From an uncultured Actinomycetes bacterium (GTDB lineage: Bacteria; Actinomycetota; Thermoleophilia; Gaiellales; JAICJC01), in assembly GCA_963695025.1 (NCBI GenBank), contig CAVOFQ010000003.1:1962245-2026244 (forward strand): 64,000 nt of DNA. The letters are read 5' to 3'. Shown here in pieces: positions 8,990 to 18,701 of this stretch. Below the pieces are notes generated by a model, which made no database searches, was not told the DNA's origin, and saw nothing but the letters and a program-made list of their open reading frames with translations. The position numbers and the translations under genes were made by a program. Each line of letters starts with the position of its first letter. Positions within the stretch are counted from its first letter, which is position 1.

Positions 8990-9514
8990 TCAGGTGACCG
9001 TGAGCTCGTCCAGATAGCTGGCCGAGCGGCGGGTGAGCCGACCGTCGGCGCCGGTCTCGTAGTAGCCCATCCGCCACAGCGGCGGCGAGTAGACGTGCAG
9101 CGACACCGTCGGCTCATCACCGGTGTGGCAGACGTCGTGGATCCTCGAGGCGTCGAAGCTGAACCCCTCGCCCGCCGCGTGGATGACCACGTCGAGATCG
9201 GCCTGACCGAGCACCGGGCGCAGCTCCGCCAGCGCGCCCTCGATCACCCGTACCGCGCCGCCGGAGACGTCGTGGTCGTGCAGCCCGGTCTCTTGCGTGC
9301 CCACCCAGCAGATCAGCCAGGCGTCGAGATGGTGGTCGCGGTGAAGACGCACGAACACCCGCTCGTCGTCGTCGTGGCGAACCTCGCTCCGCCAGAGCTC
9401 GGGACGTCCGGCGAGATCCTCGGCCAGGGCACGCAGCTCTCCGGGCGTGAGATCTCGATCGTCGCTGTGCCGCTGCGAGAACCAGGTCGCGACGGCGGAC
9501 AGCGCGTCTGTCAT
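8990..9514 (-). CDS. cupin protein, cysteine dioxygenase type I-like
   Basis: ORF 8990..9946 trimmed to ATG 9514. GLHDHDVSGGAVRV and IHDVCH are cupin metal-ligand motifs. ATGA overlap with the upstream gene. Confidence 0.6.
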   Translation of the reverse strand: MTDALSAVATWFSQRHSDDRDLTPGELRALAEDLAGRPELWRSEVRHDDDERVFVRLHRDHHLDAWLICWVGTQETGLHDHDVSGGAVRVIEGALAELRPVLGQADLDVVIHAAGEGFSFDASRIHDVCHTGDEPTVSLHVYSPPLWRMGYYETGADGRLTRRSASYLDELTVT

Positions 9515-10521
9515 GGAACACCTCCTTGGTCGTGGAACACGCGAGCCGGGTTGCGTTCGGCCACGGCCTCGAAGACGGCGGGGCCGAGAGCATCGAGCGA
9601 GCGCAGAAGCGGCTCCGGGTCGATGACGGGAATATCGGTGCCGAGCACGATCTGCTCGGCACCGTAGGCGGCCAGGGCGAGCTCGAGATCGAGCCGCTGG
9701 CATGAGGCGGTATCGAGGAAGACGTTGGCGTCGATCGAGCCGGCGAGACCCGAGAACGTCCGCCAGCGCCCCTCCAGGAACGGCGCACCGCCGGCCATGA
9801 TCGCAAACACGACGCGCAGCTCGGGGTGGGCGGGCGCCCCCAGCGCCCTCCAGGTCGCGAACGCGCGCAGCGACCAGGCGGGGTACTGCGCGAGCGGCGT
9901 CCACCACGCCGGAAGGCGCGCGTCGGCCGGCTCGGGCCGCGTCCACGGAGCGGGCCCCGGGTGCACGAACAGCGGCCGTCCCGCCCGCTCGAGCATCTCG
10001 AGCAGCGGAGCGCAGAGGTCGAGCCCGGCCGGCGTCGCCAGCGCCTCGCTCGGCAGCGACAGCCCCGCGAATCCCGCCTCCAGCCGGTCGGCGACGTCGC
10101 CGGCCCCGGCGTCGGCCGCGTTCAGGCAGGCGGCGGCAAACGCCCGCAACCTCCCGCTCGAGGAGCCGACGAGCTCGGAGATGCCGCGGTGGTAGGCATC
10201 GAGCAGCGGGCGGGCCTCGTCCTCGGGCAGGGACTCCACTCCGACCGGGCTCGAGATCGAGATCACGGCGGTGTCGATGCCGCCTGCATCCAGCAGTGCC
10301 AGCCGCCGCTCAGGGTCGTGGTACGCGGCGGAGATCGGCCCGGCCGGCTCGAAGGCGAGCTCGAGCCACATGCCGCCGTCGCGCGTCACGATCCGGGGCG
10401 CAGTCGTGCGCCCCGACAGGGCCGAGATGAAGGCCTCGGGCCAGAGGTGCTGGTGCAGATCGACGCGCGTTTGCGCACTCCCCGGTCTTGTGAAACGATT
10501 AACACGATTGTGACTGATCAC
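9511..10521 (-). CDS. amidohydrolase-2 family protein (ACMSD-like metal-dependent hydrolase/decarboxylase)
   Basis: VDLHQHLWPEAF contains an HxH metal motif and the fold-typical C-terminus DTASC...GTDIP is present. The start is uncertain. GTG 10521 is the only in-frame start upstream of the HxH motif, and it overlaps the LacI start by 12 nt. Confidence 0.6.
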   Translation of the reverse strand: MISHNRVNRFTRPGSAQTRVDLHQHLWPEAFISALSGRTTAPRIVTRDGGMWLELAFEPAGPISAAYHDPERRLALLDAGGIDTAVISISSPVGVESLPEDEARPLLDAYHRGISELVGSSSGRLRAFAAACLNAADAGAGDVADRLEAGFAGLSLPSEALATPAGLDLCAPLLEMLERAGRPLFVHPGPAPWTRPEPADARLPAWWTPLAQYPAWSLRAFATWRALGAPAHPELRVVFAIMAGGAPFLEGRWRTFSGLAGSIDANVFLDTASCQRLDLELALAAYGAEQIVLGTDIPVIDPEPLLRSLDALGPAVFEAVAERNPARVFHDQGGVP

Positions 10522-11517
10522 CGCCCCAAACGCAAGCGGGCAACGCTGCGCGACGTGGCCGAGCTGACCGGGCTCTCTCCCGCCGGAGTGTCGTACGCAC
10601 TGCGCGGGCAGCGGGTGTCCGCGGCGACTGAGGAACGGGTGCGCGACGCGGCCGACCGGCTGGGATTCCGCTCGGATCCCATCGCGCGTGCGCTCCGAGG
10701 CGGCTCGACCGGGGTGATCGGGGTGATCGGCGGCAGCCTGGCCGACTACTGGCATCAGGAGTTCGCCTCGGAGCTGCAGCGGCACCTGCGCAGGCGCGGC
10801 CGCCACATGCTGCTCGCGGATGCCGACGGAGACGCGGCGACCGAGACCGACCTCGCCCGCGGCCTGGTCGACCAGCGCGTCGACGGCCTCATCGCGCTGC
10901 CGGTGGCACCCGACTCACCCGCCTGGAGCGAGATCGTGTCGCAGGTGCCGGTCGTGGCCGTAGGGGCGCCGCTGGCGGCACCGGCGGGCGCGATCCGGTT
11001 CCAGGCCGAGGAGGGGGCCGATCTGGTGCTCGACCATCTCCGCGGCCTCGGTCACGAGCGCATCACGGTGCTGTCGACCGGTGTCCACCACCCGCGCCGG
11101 CGGCGGGGCGTGCGGACGCGGACGTGCGGGTTTGCGGCCGCCGACGGCCGGGCGGCCACCGCCGCGGCGTTGCGCCGGCAGTCACCGCCGACCGCGGTGT
11201 TCGCCCTCTCCGACGCTCTCGCCTACGGCGCCTACATGGCCTGTGCCAACCTGGGGCGGCGCATCCCCGAGGACGTGTCGGTGGCCGGATTCGACGACCA
11301 CCCCATCTCGCGCCTGCTCAGCCCGGCGCTCACGACGGTCAGCTGGGACACCGGCAGGGCGGCGGCCGCAGCGGCGGCGATGCTGCTCGATGCGATCGAG
11401 GGCCGCCGCCGGCTCGGCGGCGAGCTGGTGGTGCGCCCGCGCCTGGTCGCCCGCGACTCAACTGCCGCGCAGAATATTGAGTGCCTGACACCGGTTGTGC
11501 AGCCCGGGAGAACATGA
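10510..11517 (+). CDS. LacI-family transcriptional regulator
   Basis: GTG 10510. ATLRDVAELTGLSPAGVSYALRG is the HTH region and a periplasmic-binding-protein-like core follows (VFALSDALAYGA, VAGFDD). Confidence 0.8.
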   Translation: MTDHRPKRKRATLRDVAELTGLSPAGVSYALRGQRVSAATEERVRDAADRLGFRSDPIARALRGGSTGVIGVIGGSLADYWHQEFASELQRHLRRRGRHMLLADADGDAATETDLARGLVDQRVDGLIALPVAPDSPAWSEIVSQVPVVAVGAPLAAPAGAIRFQAEEGADLVLDHLRGLGHERITVLSTGVHHPRRRRGVRTRTCGFAAADGRAATAAALRRQSPPTAVFALSDALAYGAYMACANLGRRIPEDVSVAGFDDHPISRLLSPALTTVSWDTGRAAAAAAAMLLDAIEGRRRLGGELVVRPRLVARDSTAAQNIECLTPVVQPGRT

Positions 11518-12344
11518 CGTAGCGGCGGTCTGGCAGCATGCCGACGCGCTCGTACAGGCGCACGGCGCCGGTCGGATTGTCCGAGTCGACCTTGAGGCCG
11601 ACGGTCGCCAGACCGCGGCGGTGAAACTCGCCGAAGGCCTCGCGCAGCAGCGCCTCACCAAGGCCGCGGCCACGCCAAGCCGGGCGCACCCCGACGTCCT
11701 TGACCCAGCCCTCCGCCCAGCACAGACACGCTCCGCACAGCTCCGCGCCGGCCTCGGCCAGGAACCAGACCCCGGGATCGAAGCCGGGGTCACCCGTCAT
11801 CCAGGGCACCCAGCGGTCGAACGGCAGCACCACCTCGGCGTTGGCGGCAAAGGCCTCGACCATCAGTGCGTGCACCGCCGGAGCGTCATCGTCGTGGTAC
11901 GTGCGCATCGCGACCCCGTCGGGCCACACCGGCGGCTGCGGCTCCTCCGTCACGTCGAGCTCCATGCGCAGGATCTCGCGCGCCTGCACCCACCCGCGGT
12001 CACGATAGAGCCCGACCAGATCGTCCGCGGCCGACGGGACGATGGTCTCGAGCTCCGCCAGCGCGCGCGGCGACCGTATCCAGCAGCACCGCCGCGACGT
12101 CGCCTTCGCGGTGGTCGGGGTGCGGCCACACCTCGACGTAGCCGTCCTCGAGGGTCGCGTAGCCGACGACGCCCCCGTCGCCCTCGGCCACCCACGCCTC
12201 ACCGTGGCCCCACGCCGCGCGCAGGTGCTCGATCGACCCCTCGCCCTGGCCGTACAGCACCATCGAGAGGGCATCCGAGACCGCGAAGGCCGGCTCGACG
12301 TCGGCCGCGACCGCCGGGCGCACATGCACGTCAACCGAGCCCAT
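11339..12344 (-). pseudogene. tandem-GNAT acetyltransferase (MshD-like architecture) with a 1-nt insertion frameshift
   Basis: GNAT domain 1 is in the frame of ORF 12000..12344 (MGSVDVHVRPAVAADVEPAF...GDVAAVLLDTVAAR). The continuation LAELETIVPSAADDLVGLYRDRGW...RPAWRGRGLGEALL...RLYERVGM is in the frame of ORF 11339..12334. The junction is in the GCGCGCGC run 12061-12068. The 3' end overruns into lacI (see findings). Confidence 0.65.
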
Positions 12345-13285
12345 CAGCCGCCAAAGTGGAGCAGCACCTTGCCGAACTTGCCCGAGGCGGCGAGATGGTC
12401 GAACGCGTCGGCGGCCCGCGCGGCCGGAAACACCCGATCGACGAACGGTCGCACCCGGCCACTTGCGAGCAGCGGGACGACCTGACGCGCGAACGCCTGC
12501 ACCGCGGCGGCCTTCTCGTCCATCGCCCGGGCGCGCAGCATCGTGCCCATGAGACTGGCGCGCTTGCCCATCATCACCCGCAGCGACAGCTCTGCGTCGG
12601 CGCCCGCGCCGGTGCCCACGACGATCACCCGGCCACGGGGCGCGAGTGCGGCGAGGCTGCCCGCGAGGTTCTGGGCGCCGACCAGCTCGAGCACCACGTC
12701 GACCCCCGCCGCGTCGTCGAGCGCCACCGTCTCGGCGCCCAGCTGGGCCAGCCTGTCGTGGTGGCAGCGCGCGTTGGCGAGCACCCGGGCGCCGACGGCG
12801 ACGCCCATCTGGACCCCGGCCGTGCCGACCCCTCCGGTGGCGCCGTTCACGAGCAGCGTCTCACCCATCGCCAGGGCCGCACGCGTGAACACCGCGTCGT
12901 GGGCTGTGACGAAGGCCTCGGGTACGGCGGCCGCATCGCGGTCGTCGAGCGAGTCCGGGACGCCGGTCACATGCCGCTCGTGCGCCACGACCGTGTCGGC
13001 CAGCCCGCCACCGCCAACGATGCCGAACACCCGGTCGCCCTCTCGCCAGGCGGTGACCGCGGCGCCGCAGGCGACAACTCTGCCCGACACCTCGAGTCCC
13101 GGGATGTCCTGGGGCGAGCCGGCCGGAGCCGGGTAGCGGCCCGCGCGCTGGGCCAGATCGGCGGGATTGAGCCCGGCATGGGTAGCCCGGATCAGCACGG
13201 AGTGATCACCCGGGACAGGATCGGGCCGCTCCTCCACCCGCACCACCTCGGATCCGCCGGCGCCCGTGAAGGTGACCGCGATCAT
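12344..13285 (-). CDS. NADPH:quinone oxidoreductase (zeta-crystallin-type MDR)
   Basis: LNPADL and VNGATGGVGTAGVQ motifs. No catalytic-Zn Cys/His motif. 313 aa. Confidence 0.85.
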   Translation of the reverse strand: MIAVTFTGAGGSEVVRVEERPDPVPGDHSVLIRATHAGLNPADLAQRAGRYPAPAGSPQDIPGLEVSGRVVACGAAVTAWREGDRVFGIVGGGGLADTVVAHERHVTGVPDSLDDRDAAAVPEAFVTAHDAVFTRAALAMGETLLVNGATGGVGTAGVQMGVAVGARVLANARCHHDRLAQLGAETVALDDAAGVDVVLELVGAQNLAGSLAALAPRGRVIVVGTGAGADAELSLRVMMGKRASLMGTMLRARAMDEKAAAVQAFARQVVPLLASGRVRPFVDRVFPAARAADAFDHLAASGKFGKVLLHFGG

Positions 13286-14448
13286 GGCGCGGATCCTACG
13301 CTCAACTCCACGCCGCGCCCCGCCAGTTCGGAGTCGACGATCACAACCGTGCGGGCCCCCTCACCCCGACGCAGGCGCTGCAGCGCGTCCTCGACCCCAT
13401 CGAGATCGGTGAAGTGCGACACAACGCTGACCAGGTCGATCTCGCCGGAGGCCGCCAGCGCGACCAGCGCGGGCAGCTCTCCGGCGACGTCGGCGGAGCC
13501 GTAGAAGCAGCCCCGAAGGATCTTCTCGTTCAGCAGGTCGAGCGCGGGCAGCGAGACCTCGACGCCGGCGGGCGCGATTCCGACGACCGTCGCCTGGCCC
13601 CCCGGCCGCAGCACGTCCCAGGCGAGCCGGATCGTGTCGCCGCGGCCGACCGCCTCGATCGCATGGTCGAAGCCTCCGGGTACGAGCTCGGCAAGGACCG
13701 CATGGACGTCGGCCCCGGCCTCGACCACGTCGGTGGCGCCGCGGGTGCGGGCGAGCGCGAGCTTCGAGGGGTCGCGGTCGACCGCGACGATCCGGCCCGC
13801 GCCCGCCAGCCGCGCGCCGGTCACGACCTGCAGGCCGACCCCGCCGCAGCCGATCACGCACACCGATTCCCCGGCCGCAACCCGAGCGGCGTTTCGCACC
13901 GCGCCCACACCGGTGACCACGCTGCAGCCGACGAGCGCCGCCTGCCACAGCGGCAGGTCGGCGGTGAGCGGCACGGCCGAGGCGGCGGGGACGACGCACC
14001 GCTCTGCGAAGCACGAGACGTGCAGGAAGTGCTTGACCTGACCGCCACCGGGCCGCTCCAGCCGCGATGTGCCGTCCATCAGGACGCCGTGGAACGAGTG
14101 CCTGGCCGCCGGCCGGCACAGGTGCGACCGGCCGGCGAGGCACATCCGGCAGGCGCCGCATGGCGGCACGAAGCAGAACACCACCGGGTCGCCCGGGCGC
14201 ACGTGCGTGACGCTCTCGCCGACGGCCTCGACGACGCCCGCACCCTCGTGCCCAAGCACGATCGGCCACCTGCCGTCGCCCAGGTGCCCCAAGGCCAGGT
14301 GCAGATCGGAGTGACACACGCCGGCGGCGGCGACCCGCACCAGCACCTCGTCGTGGTGGGGAGGGTGCAGCAGCAGCCGCTCGACCTTGACCGGCGCCCC
14401 ATGGCACTCGAGCACCGACGCCCGGATCTCGATCGGCGGGCCGCTCAT
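13282..14448 (-). CDS. Zn-dependent alcohol dehydrogenase (class III-like)
   Basis: GVCHSDLH, GHEGAGVVEAVG, the structural-Zn cysteines CGACRMC and GCGGVG. Confidence 0.85.
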   Translation of the reverse strand: MSGPPIEIRASVLECHGAPVKVERLLLHPPHHDEVLVRVAAAGVCHSDLHLALGHLGDGRWPIVLGHEGAGVVEAVGESVTHVRPGDPVVFCFVPPCGACRMCLAGRSHLCRPAARHSFHGVLMDGTSRLERPGGGQVKHFLHVSCFAERCVVPAASAVPLTADLPLWQAALVGCSVVTGVGAVRNAARVAAGESVCVIGCGGVGLQVVTGARLAGAGRIVAVDRDPSKLALARTRGATDVVEAGADVHAVLAELVPGGFDHAIEAVGRGDTIRLAWDVLRPGGQATVVGIAPAGVEVSLPALDLLNEKILRGCFYGSADVAGELPALVALAASGEIDLVSVVSHFTDLDGVEDALQRLRRGEGARTVVIVDSELAGRGVELSVGSAP

Positions 14449-15554
14449 GCCACCCGGTGGCGCTCGAGTGCGTCCAGGTCGGGCTCGACTCCCAGCCCCG
14501 GGCCCGCCGGCGGGCGCACCGTGCCGTCAGCGGCGATCTCGACCGGGGCCGGCAGCAGCCAGTCGCGCCGTGCGGCCGGCCATGCCGGCGGGTCGAACGG
14601 CACCTCGACGTACGGGCAGGTCGAGAACGCGAGCGCGGCGTGCAGGTTTGCGACCAGGCCGTGGCCGTTCGACCAGGTGTGCGGCGACCACATCCGGCCG
14701 TGCAGATCGGCCAGGGCGGCGATCCGGCGGGCGCCGCCGATCCCGCCCGCGAGCACGACGTCGGGCTGGATCACGTCGACGCCCCCGTGCACGACCAGGT
14801 CACGAGCCTCGTGTGCCGCGCGCACCATCTCGCCTGCCGCCAGCCGCAGCGAGGTCCCCCGGCGAAGGGCCGCGTACCCGTCGATGTCGTCTGTCCGCAG
14901 CGGCTCCTCGAGCCATTCGATCCCGAGCGGCTCGAGCGCCCGGGCGCACTGAAGCGCGGTCGGGAGATCCCAGCGCGGCGTGCGGTCGCCGGCCATCCGC
15001 CAGCCCTGGTTGGCATCCACCATGACCCGCATATCCGGCCCGACGGCATCCCGCACCGCCTCCACCACCTCCACGTCGCGGCGCCAATCGTCGTCGTGAA
15101 AGCGCAGCTTGACGGCGCGGACGCCCGCGTCGCGGAGCGCGACACATCGGGCCGCCCGCTCCGCGGGCGCCAGCCGCTCGGCGCTGGACGCGTAGGCGAT
15201 CAGCGACTCGCTGCGGCCGCCCAGCAGCCGCCACAACGGCTGCCCGAGTGCCCGCCCGACGACGTCCCACACCGCCACCTCGAGCGTCCACGGCCGGCCG
15301 CCGTGGAAGTCGACCGTCTCGCACACCTCGCGCACGACCTCGGTGCGGAACGGATCGACGCCCCGCAGCAGCCGCTCGAGCACCCCGGCATCCGGCAGCG
15401 CATCGCCGCTCGCACAGCCGCGCACGCCATCGTCGGTGGTGACAAGGACGAGCGTGGCATCCTGGTGCCCGCGCGGCTCCGGGTCCCAGGCCGCGTGCAG
15501 CGGCGGATCGAGCCCGAACCGGTACGTGCGCGTCTCCACCGCTGCGATCCTCAC
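14445..15554 (-). CDS. enolase-superfamily enzyme (mandelate racemase/muconate lactonizing type)
   Basis: ORF 14445..15794 trimmed to GTG 15554 (GTGA overlap with the upstream stop). VKLRFHDDDW...MVDANQGW...IEWLEEP...DVIQPD shows the metal-ligand spacing of the family. Confidence 0.8.
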   Translation of the reverse strand: MRIAAVETRTYRFGLDPPLHAAWDPEPRGHQDATLVLVTTDDGVRGCASGDALPDAGVLERLLRGVDPFRTEVVREVCETVDFHGGRPWTLEVAVWDVVGRALGQPLWRLLGGRSESLIAYASSAERLAPAERAARCVALRDAGVRAVKLRFHDDDWRRDVEVVEAVRDAVGPDMRVMVDANQGWRMAGDRTPRWDLPTALQCARALEPLGIEWLEEPLRTDDIDGYAALRRGTSLRLAAGEMVRAAHEARDLVVHGGVDVIQPDVVLAGGIGGARRIAALADLHGRMWSPHTWSNGHGLVANLHAALAFSTCPYVEVPFDPPAWPAARRDWLLPAPVEIAADGTVRPPAGPGLGVEPDLDALERHRVA

Positions 15555-16675
15555 GCCGTGCCTCCCGGGGCCAGTTCGACGACGGCGCGGCGGGCGCCAC
15601 CGCCCCGCAGGAGCTCGAAGCCCCGCTCGATCTCGTCCAGCGGCAGGCGGTGCGAGATCAGCCGGTCGAGCGGCAGCCGGCCGCGCCGGTAGGCGTCGAG
15701 AATCAGGGGGAAGTCGCGCTCCGGCCGCGACGAGCCGTAGAGCGCTCCGATCACCCGCCGCTCGCCGCGCGGGATCAGCCGCGCGGGCACGCACAGGTCG
15801 GCGTCGAGGCGGGGGATGCCCATGAGCACCGCCTGGCCGCGGGGCCGGGTCGACAGGAAGGCCGCCCGCATCGCCTCGGGCCGGCCGGTTGCCTCGAACG
15901 CATGGTCGACGCCACCCCCCGACGCCTCACGCACCAGTTCGGCCGTCGCATCCGCCCCGGCGTCCCAGACGACGGCGGCGGTCGCGCCGAACTCGGCCGC
16001 CGCCTCGGCCCGCTCGAGGCTGACGTCGACGGCCACGACGGGCTGGGCCCCGGCGGCCGCCGCCCCCATCACCGCCGAGAGGCCGACGCCGCCGCAGCCG
16101 AACACGGCCACGCGGTCACCGGGGGCCACCCGGGCCGTGCGCCACGCCGCGCAGACGCCCGTGGTGACGGCGCAGCCGACCAGCGCCGCTACGGCGAACG
16201 GCACGTCGGCGCCGATCGGGATGCACGAGGCCTCGGGCACCACGGTGCGCTCGGCGAAGGTGCTCAGGAGCGAGTAGTGGTAGACCGGCTCACCGTCACG
16301 CGACAGCCGCGAGGTGCCGTCGAGAAGCCCACCGGCGTCCATTGCCGGAAAGGCCGCCTCGCACAGGTGCGAGAGGTCGCGCCGGCACTGCTCGCACACG
16401 CCGCACGCCGGCAGCCACGAGAGCGCGACCCGGTCGCCGGGCGCCACGGCCGTGACACCCGGCCCGGTCGCCTCGACCACCCCGGCACCCTCGTGTCCCA
16501 GGACGGCGGGGCAGCGTGTCTCGGCGGTGCCGTCGATCGCGTTTTGGTCGGAATGGCAGACGCCGCTTGCATGCAGGCGCACCAGCACCTCGTGGGGGCC
16601 GGGCGGAGCCAGGTCGAGCTCGACCACCTCGAGCCGCGCGCCTGTCTCAGGCAGGAGTGCTGCTCGTATCCTCAA
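15551..16675 (-). CDS. Zn-dependent alcohol dehydrogenase, paralogue of 13282..14448
   Basis: GVCHSDQN, GHEGAGVVEATG, CGVCEQC and GCGGVG. The TTG start overlaps the upstream ATPase gene by 29 nt. Confidence 0.85.
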   Translation of the reverse strand: MRIRAALLPETGARLEVVELDLAPPGPHEVLVRLHASGVCHSDQNAIDGTAETRCPAVLGHEGAGVVEATGPGVTAVAPGDRVALSWLPACGVCEQCRRDLSHLCEAAFPAMDAGGLLDGTSRLSRDGEPVYHYSLLSTFAERTVVPEASCIPIGADVPFAVAALVGCAVTTGVCAAWRTARVAPGDRVAVFGCGGVGLSAVMGAAAAGAQPVVAVDVSLERAEAAAEFGATAAVVWDAGADATAELVREASGGGVDHAFEATGRPEAMRAAFLSTRPRGQAVLMGIPRLDADLCVPARLIPRGERRVIGALYGSSRPERDFPLILDAYRRGRLPLDRLISHRLPLDEIERGFELLRGGGARRAVVELAPGGTA

Positions 16676-18701
16676 CGGCCTGGAGCCGGCGCAGCTCCTC
16701 GAGCGGGATGTGGCAGCGCATCAGGTGCCCGTCCCCGGTCTCCTCGAGCCGCGGCTCGGTGGTCTCGCAGATGTCACCGATCTTGCGGGGGCAGCGGGTG
16801 TGGAACACACAGCCCGAGGGCGGGTTGGCGGCGCTCGGGATCTCGCCGTCGAGCCGGATCCGCTCGCGGTGAGTGCCATCGAGGCTGGGGACGGCCGAGA
16901 GCAGCGCCTCGGTGTAGGGATGGTGCGGGCCGACGAACACGGTCTCGGCGGTGCCGAGCTCCATGATCCGGCCGAGGTAGAGGACGGCGATCCGGTCGGA
17001 CAGGTAGCGCACGACGCCGAGGTCGTGGGAGATGAAGAGGTACGTGACGCCCTCACGCGTCTGCAGGTCGACCAGCAGGTTCAGGATCGCGGCCTGCACC
17101 GACACGTCGAGCGCCGAGGTGGGCTCGTCGCAGACGACCACCTGTGGCTCGCCGGCAAAGGCCCGGGCGATGGCGACGCGCTGCTTGAGGCCACCCGAGA
17201 GCTGCGTGGGCCGAAGCGGTAGATGCCGCTCCTCCATCCGCACGGATTTGATCAACTCGACCAGCCGCGCCTGCAGGGCGTCGCCCGAGAGGCCGGCCAG
17301 CCGATGCAGCGCACGCCCGACGAGCCGGCGCACGCTGTGGCGGCGGTTGAGCGCCGAGTCCGGGTTCTGGAACACGATCTGGAGCGACTTGACCTGCTCC
17401 CGCGTGCGGCCGCGGGCGTCCCCGGCGACCGGGACGCCCCCGAGCTCGACCTCCGATCCCGGATCGGGAGCGGTCAGGCCGAGCAGGACGCGCGCAAGGG
17501 TCGTCTTGCCGCTGCCCGACTCGCCCACCAGCCCGAGCGTCTCCCCGGGGCTGATGTCGAGGTCGACGTCCACCAGCCCGCGCAGGCGCTCGCCGTAGAA
17601 GTTGAACGTCTTCGACACGCCGCGCAGGCTGACGACCGGCTCCGCCGCCTCGCGCGGCTGCGCGACCTGGAGGTCGACGGGCGTCTCCCGGGGCAGCCCG
17701 GGCGCCTTCTCGTGGAAATGACAGCGCGACGTGCGGCCCGGGCCGACGTCGTATGGGGGAGGCGTCTCGGTGCGGCAGCGGTCCTCGGCAAGCGCGCACC
17801 GGGGGGCGAAGATGCACCCGTCGGGAACCTGGCCCGGCTGCGGCAGGAACCCGGGGATCGTGTCGAGGCGGCCGTGATCCTTGCGCCGGCCGCGGCGGGG
17901 GATGCAGCGCAGGAGCCCGACCGTGTAGGGATGGCGCGGTCCCTCGAACACCTCGGCGGCGGGGGCCTCCTCGACCAGCTCGCCGGCGTAGAGCACTCCC
18001 ACGCGGTCGCACATGCGGGCGATCACGCCCAGGTTGTGGCTGATGAAGAGCACCGATGTCTGGAACTCGTCGCGCAGGGCGGCGACGAGGTCGAGCACCT
18101 CGGCCTCCACCGTGGCGTCGAGCGCCGTCGTGGGCTCGTCCAGCACCAGCAGCGACGGTTCGGAGGCGAGCGCCATCGCGATCACCACCCGCTGCAGCAT
18201 CCCGCCCGAGAGCTGGTGGGGGTAGCGGCGCATGACCCCGCCGGGGTCGGAGATGCGCACCTTGGTCAGGATCGCCTCGGACCGCTCGAGCGCTTCCGCC
18301 CGGTCGAGGCCTGCGATCTCGTACACCTCGGCCACCTGGCGGCCGACCCGGATCGACGGGTTGAGCGCGCGGCCCGGCTCCTGGTAGACCATCGACACGG
18401 TCTCGGCGCGCAGCCGGCGCAGATCGGAGCGGCCGAGCGCCAGGGCGTCGCGGCCGTCGATCGTGATCGAGCCCGAGCGAACGCGCCCGTTGCGGGGCAG
18501 GTAGCGCATCAGCGCGAGCGCCATGGTCGACTTGCCCGAACCGGACTCGCCGACCAGGCCGTAGGACTCGCCCCGGCCCACCGTGAACGACACGTCGCGC
18601 AGCACCAGCCGGTCGCGGCCGCGGACGCGGTAGGCGACGTCGACGTTCGCGACGGTGAGCGCGTCGGTCCTGGCGGCGGTGTCCTCTGCGGCGGCGCTCA
18701 T
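16647..18701 (-). CDS. ABC transporter ATP-binding protein, duplicated (fused DppD/DppF-type)
   Basis: Two Walker A motifs (GESGSGKST, GESGSGKTT), two LSGG signatures and oligopeptide-type C-terminal extensions. ATG 18701 forms an ATGA overlap with the permease stop. Confidence 0.9.
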   Translation of the reverse strand: MSAAAEDTAARTDALTVANVDVAYRVRGRDRLVLRDVSFTVGRGESYGLVGESGSGKSTMALALMRYLPRNGRVRSGSITIDGRDALALGRSDLRRLRAETVSMVYQEPGRALNPSIRVGRQVAEVYEIAGLDRAEALERSEAILTKVRISDPGGVMRRYPHQLSGGMLQRVVIAMALASEPSLLVLDEPTTALDATVEAEVLDLVAALRDEFQTSVLFISHNLGVIARMCDRVGVLYAGELVEEAPAAEVFEGPRHPYTVGLLRCIPRRGRRKDHGRLDTIPGFLPQPGQVPDGCIFAPRCALAEDRCRTETPPPYDVGPGRTSRCHFHEKAPGLPRETPVDLQVAQPREAAEPVVSLRGVSKTFNFYGERLRGLVDVDLDISPGETLGLVGESGSGKTTLARVLLGLTAPDPGSEVELGGVPVAGDARGRTREQVKSLQIVFQNPDSALNRRHSVRRLVGRALHRLAGLSGDALQARLVELIKSVRMEERHLPLRPTQLSGGLKQRVAIARAFAGEPQVVVCDEPTSALDVSVQAAILNLLVDLQTREGVTYLFISHDLGVVRYLSDRIAVLYLGRIMELGTAETVFVGPHHPYTEALLSAVPSLDGTHRERIRLDGEIPSAANPPSGCVFHTRCPRKIGDICETTEPRLEETGDGHLMRCHIPLEELRRLQAVEDTSSTPA

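Noticed and set aside
10488-10504. A LacI-type operator: TGAAAC|GATTAA around a central CG in the lacI/amidohydrolase spacer.
   Set aside because: Only 4 of 6 half-site positions are symmetric, which is too weak to call without a PWM or comparative data.
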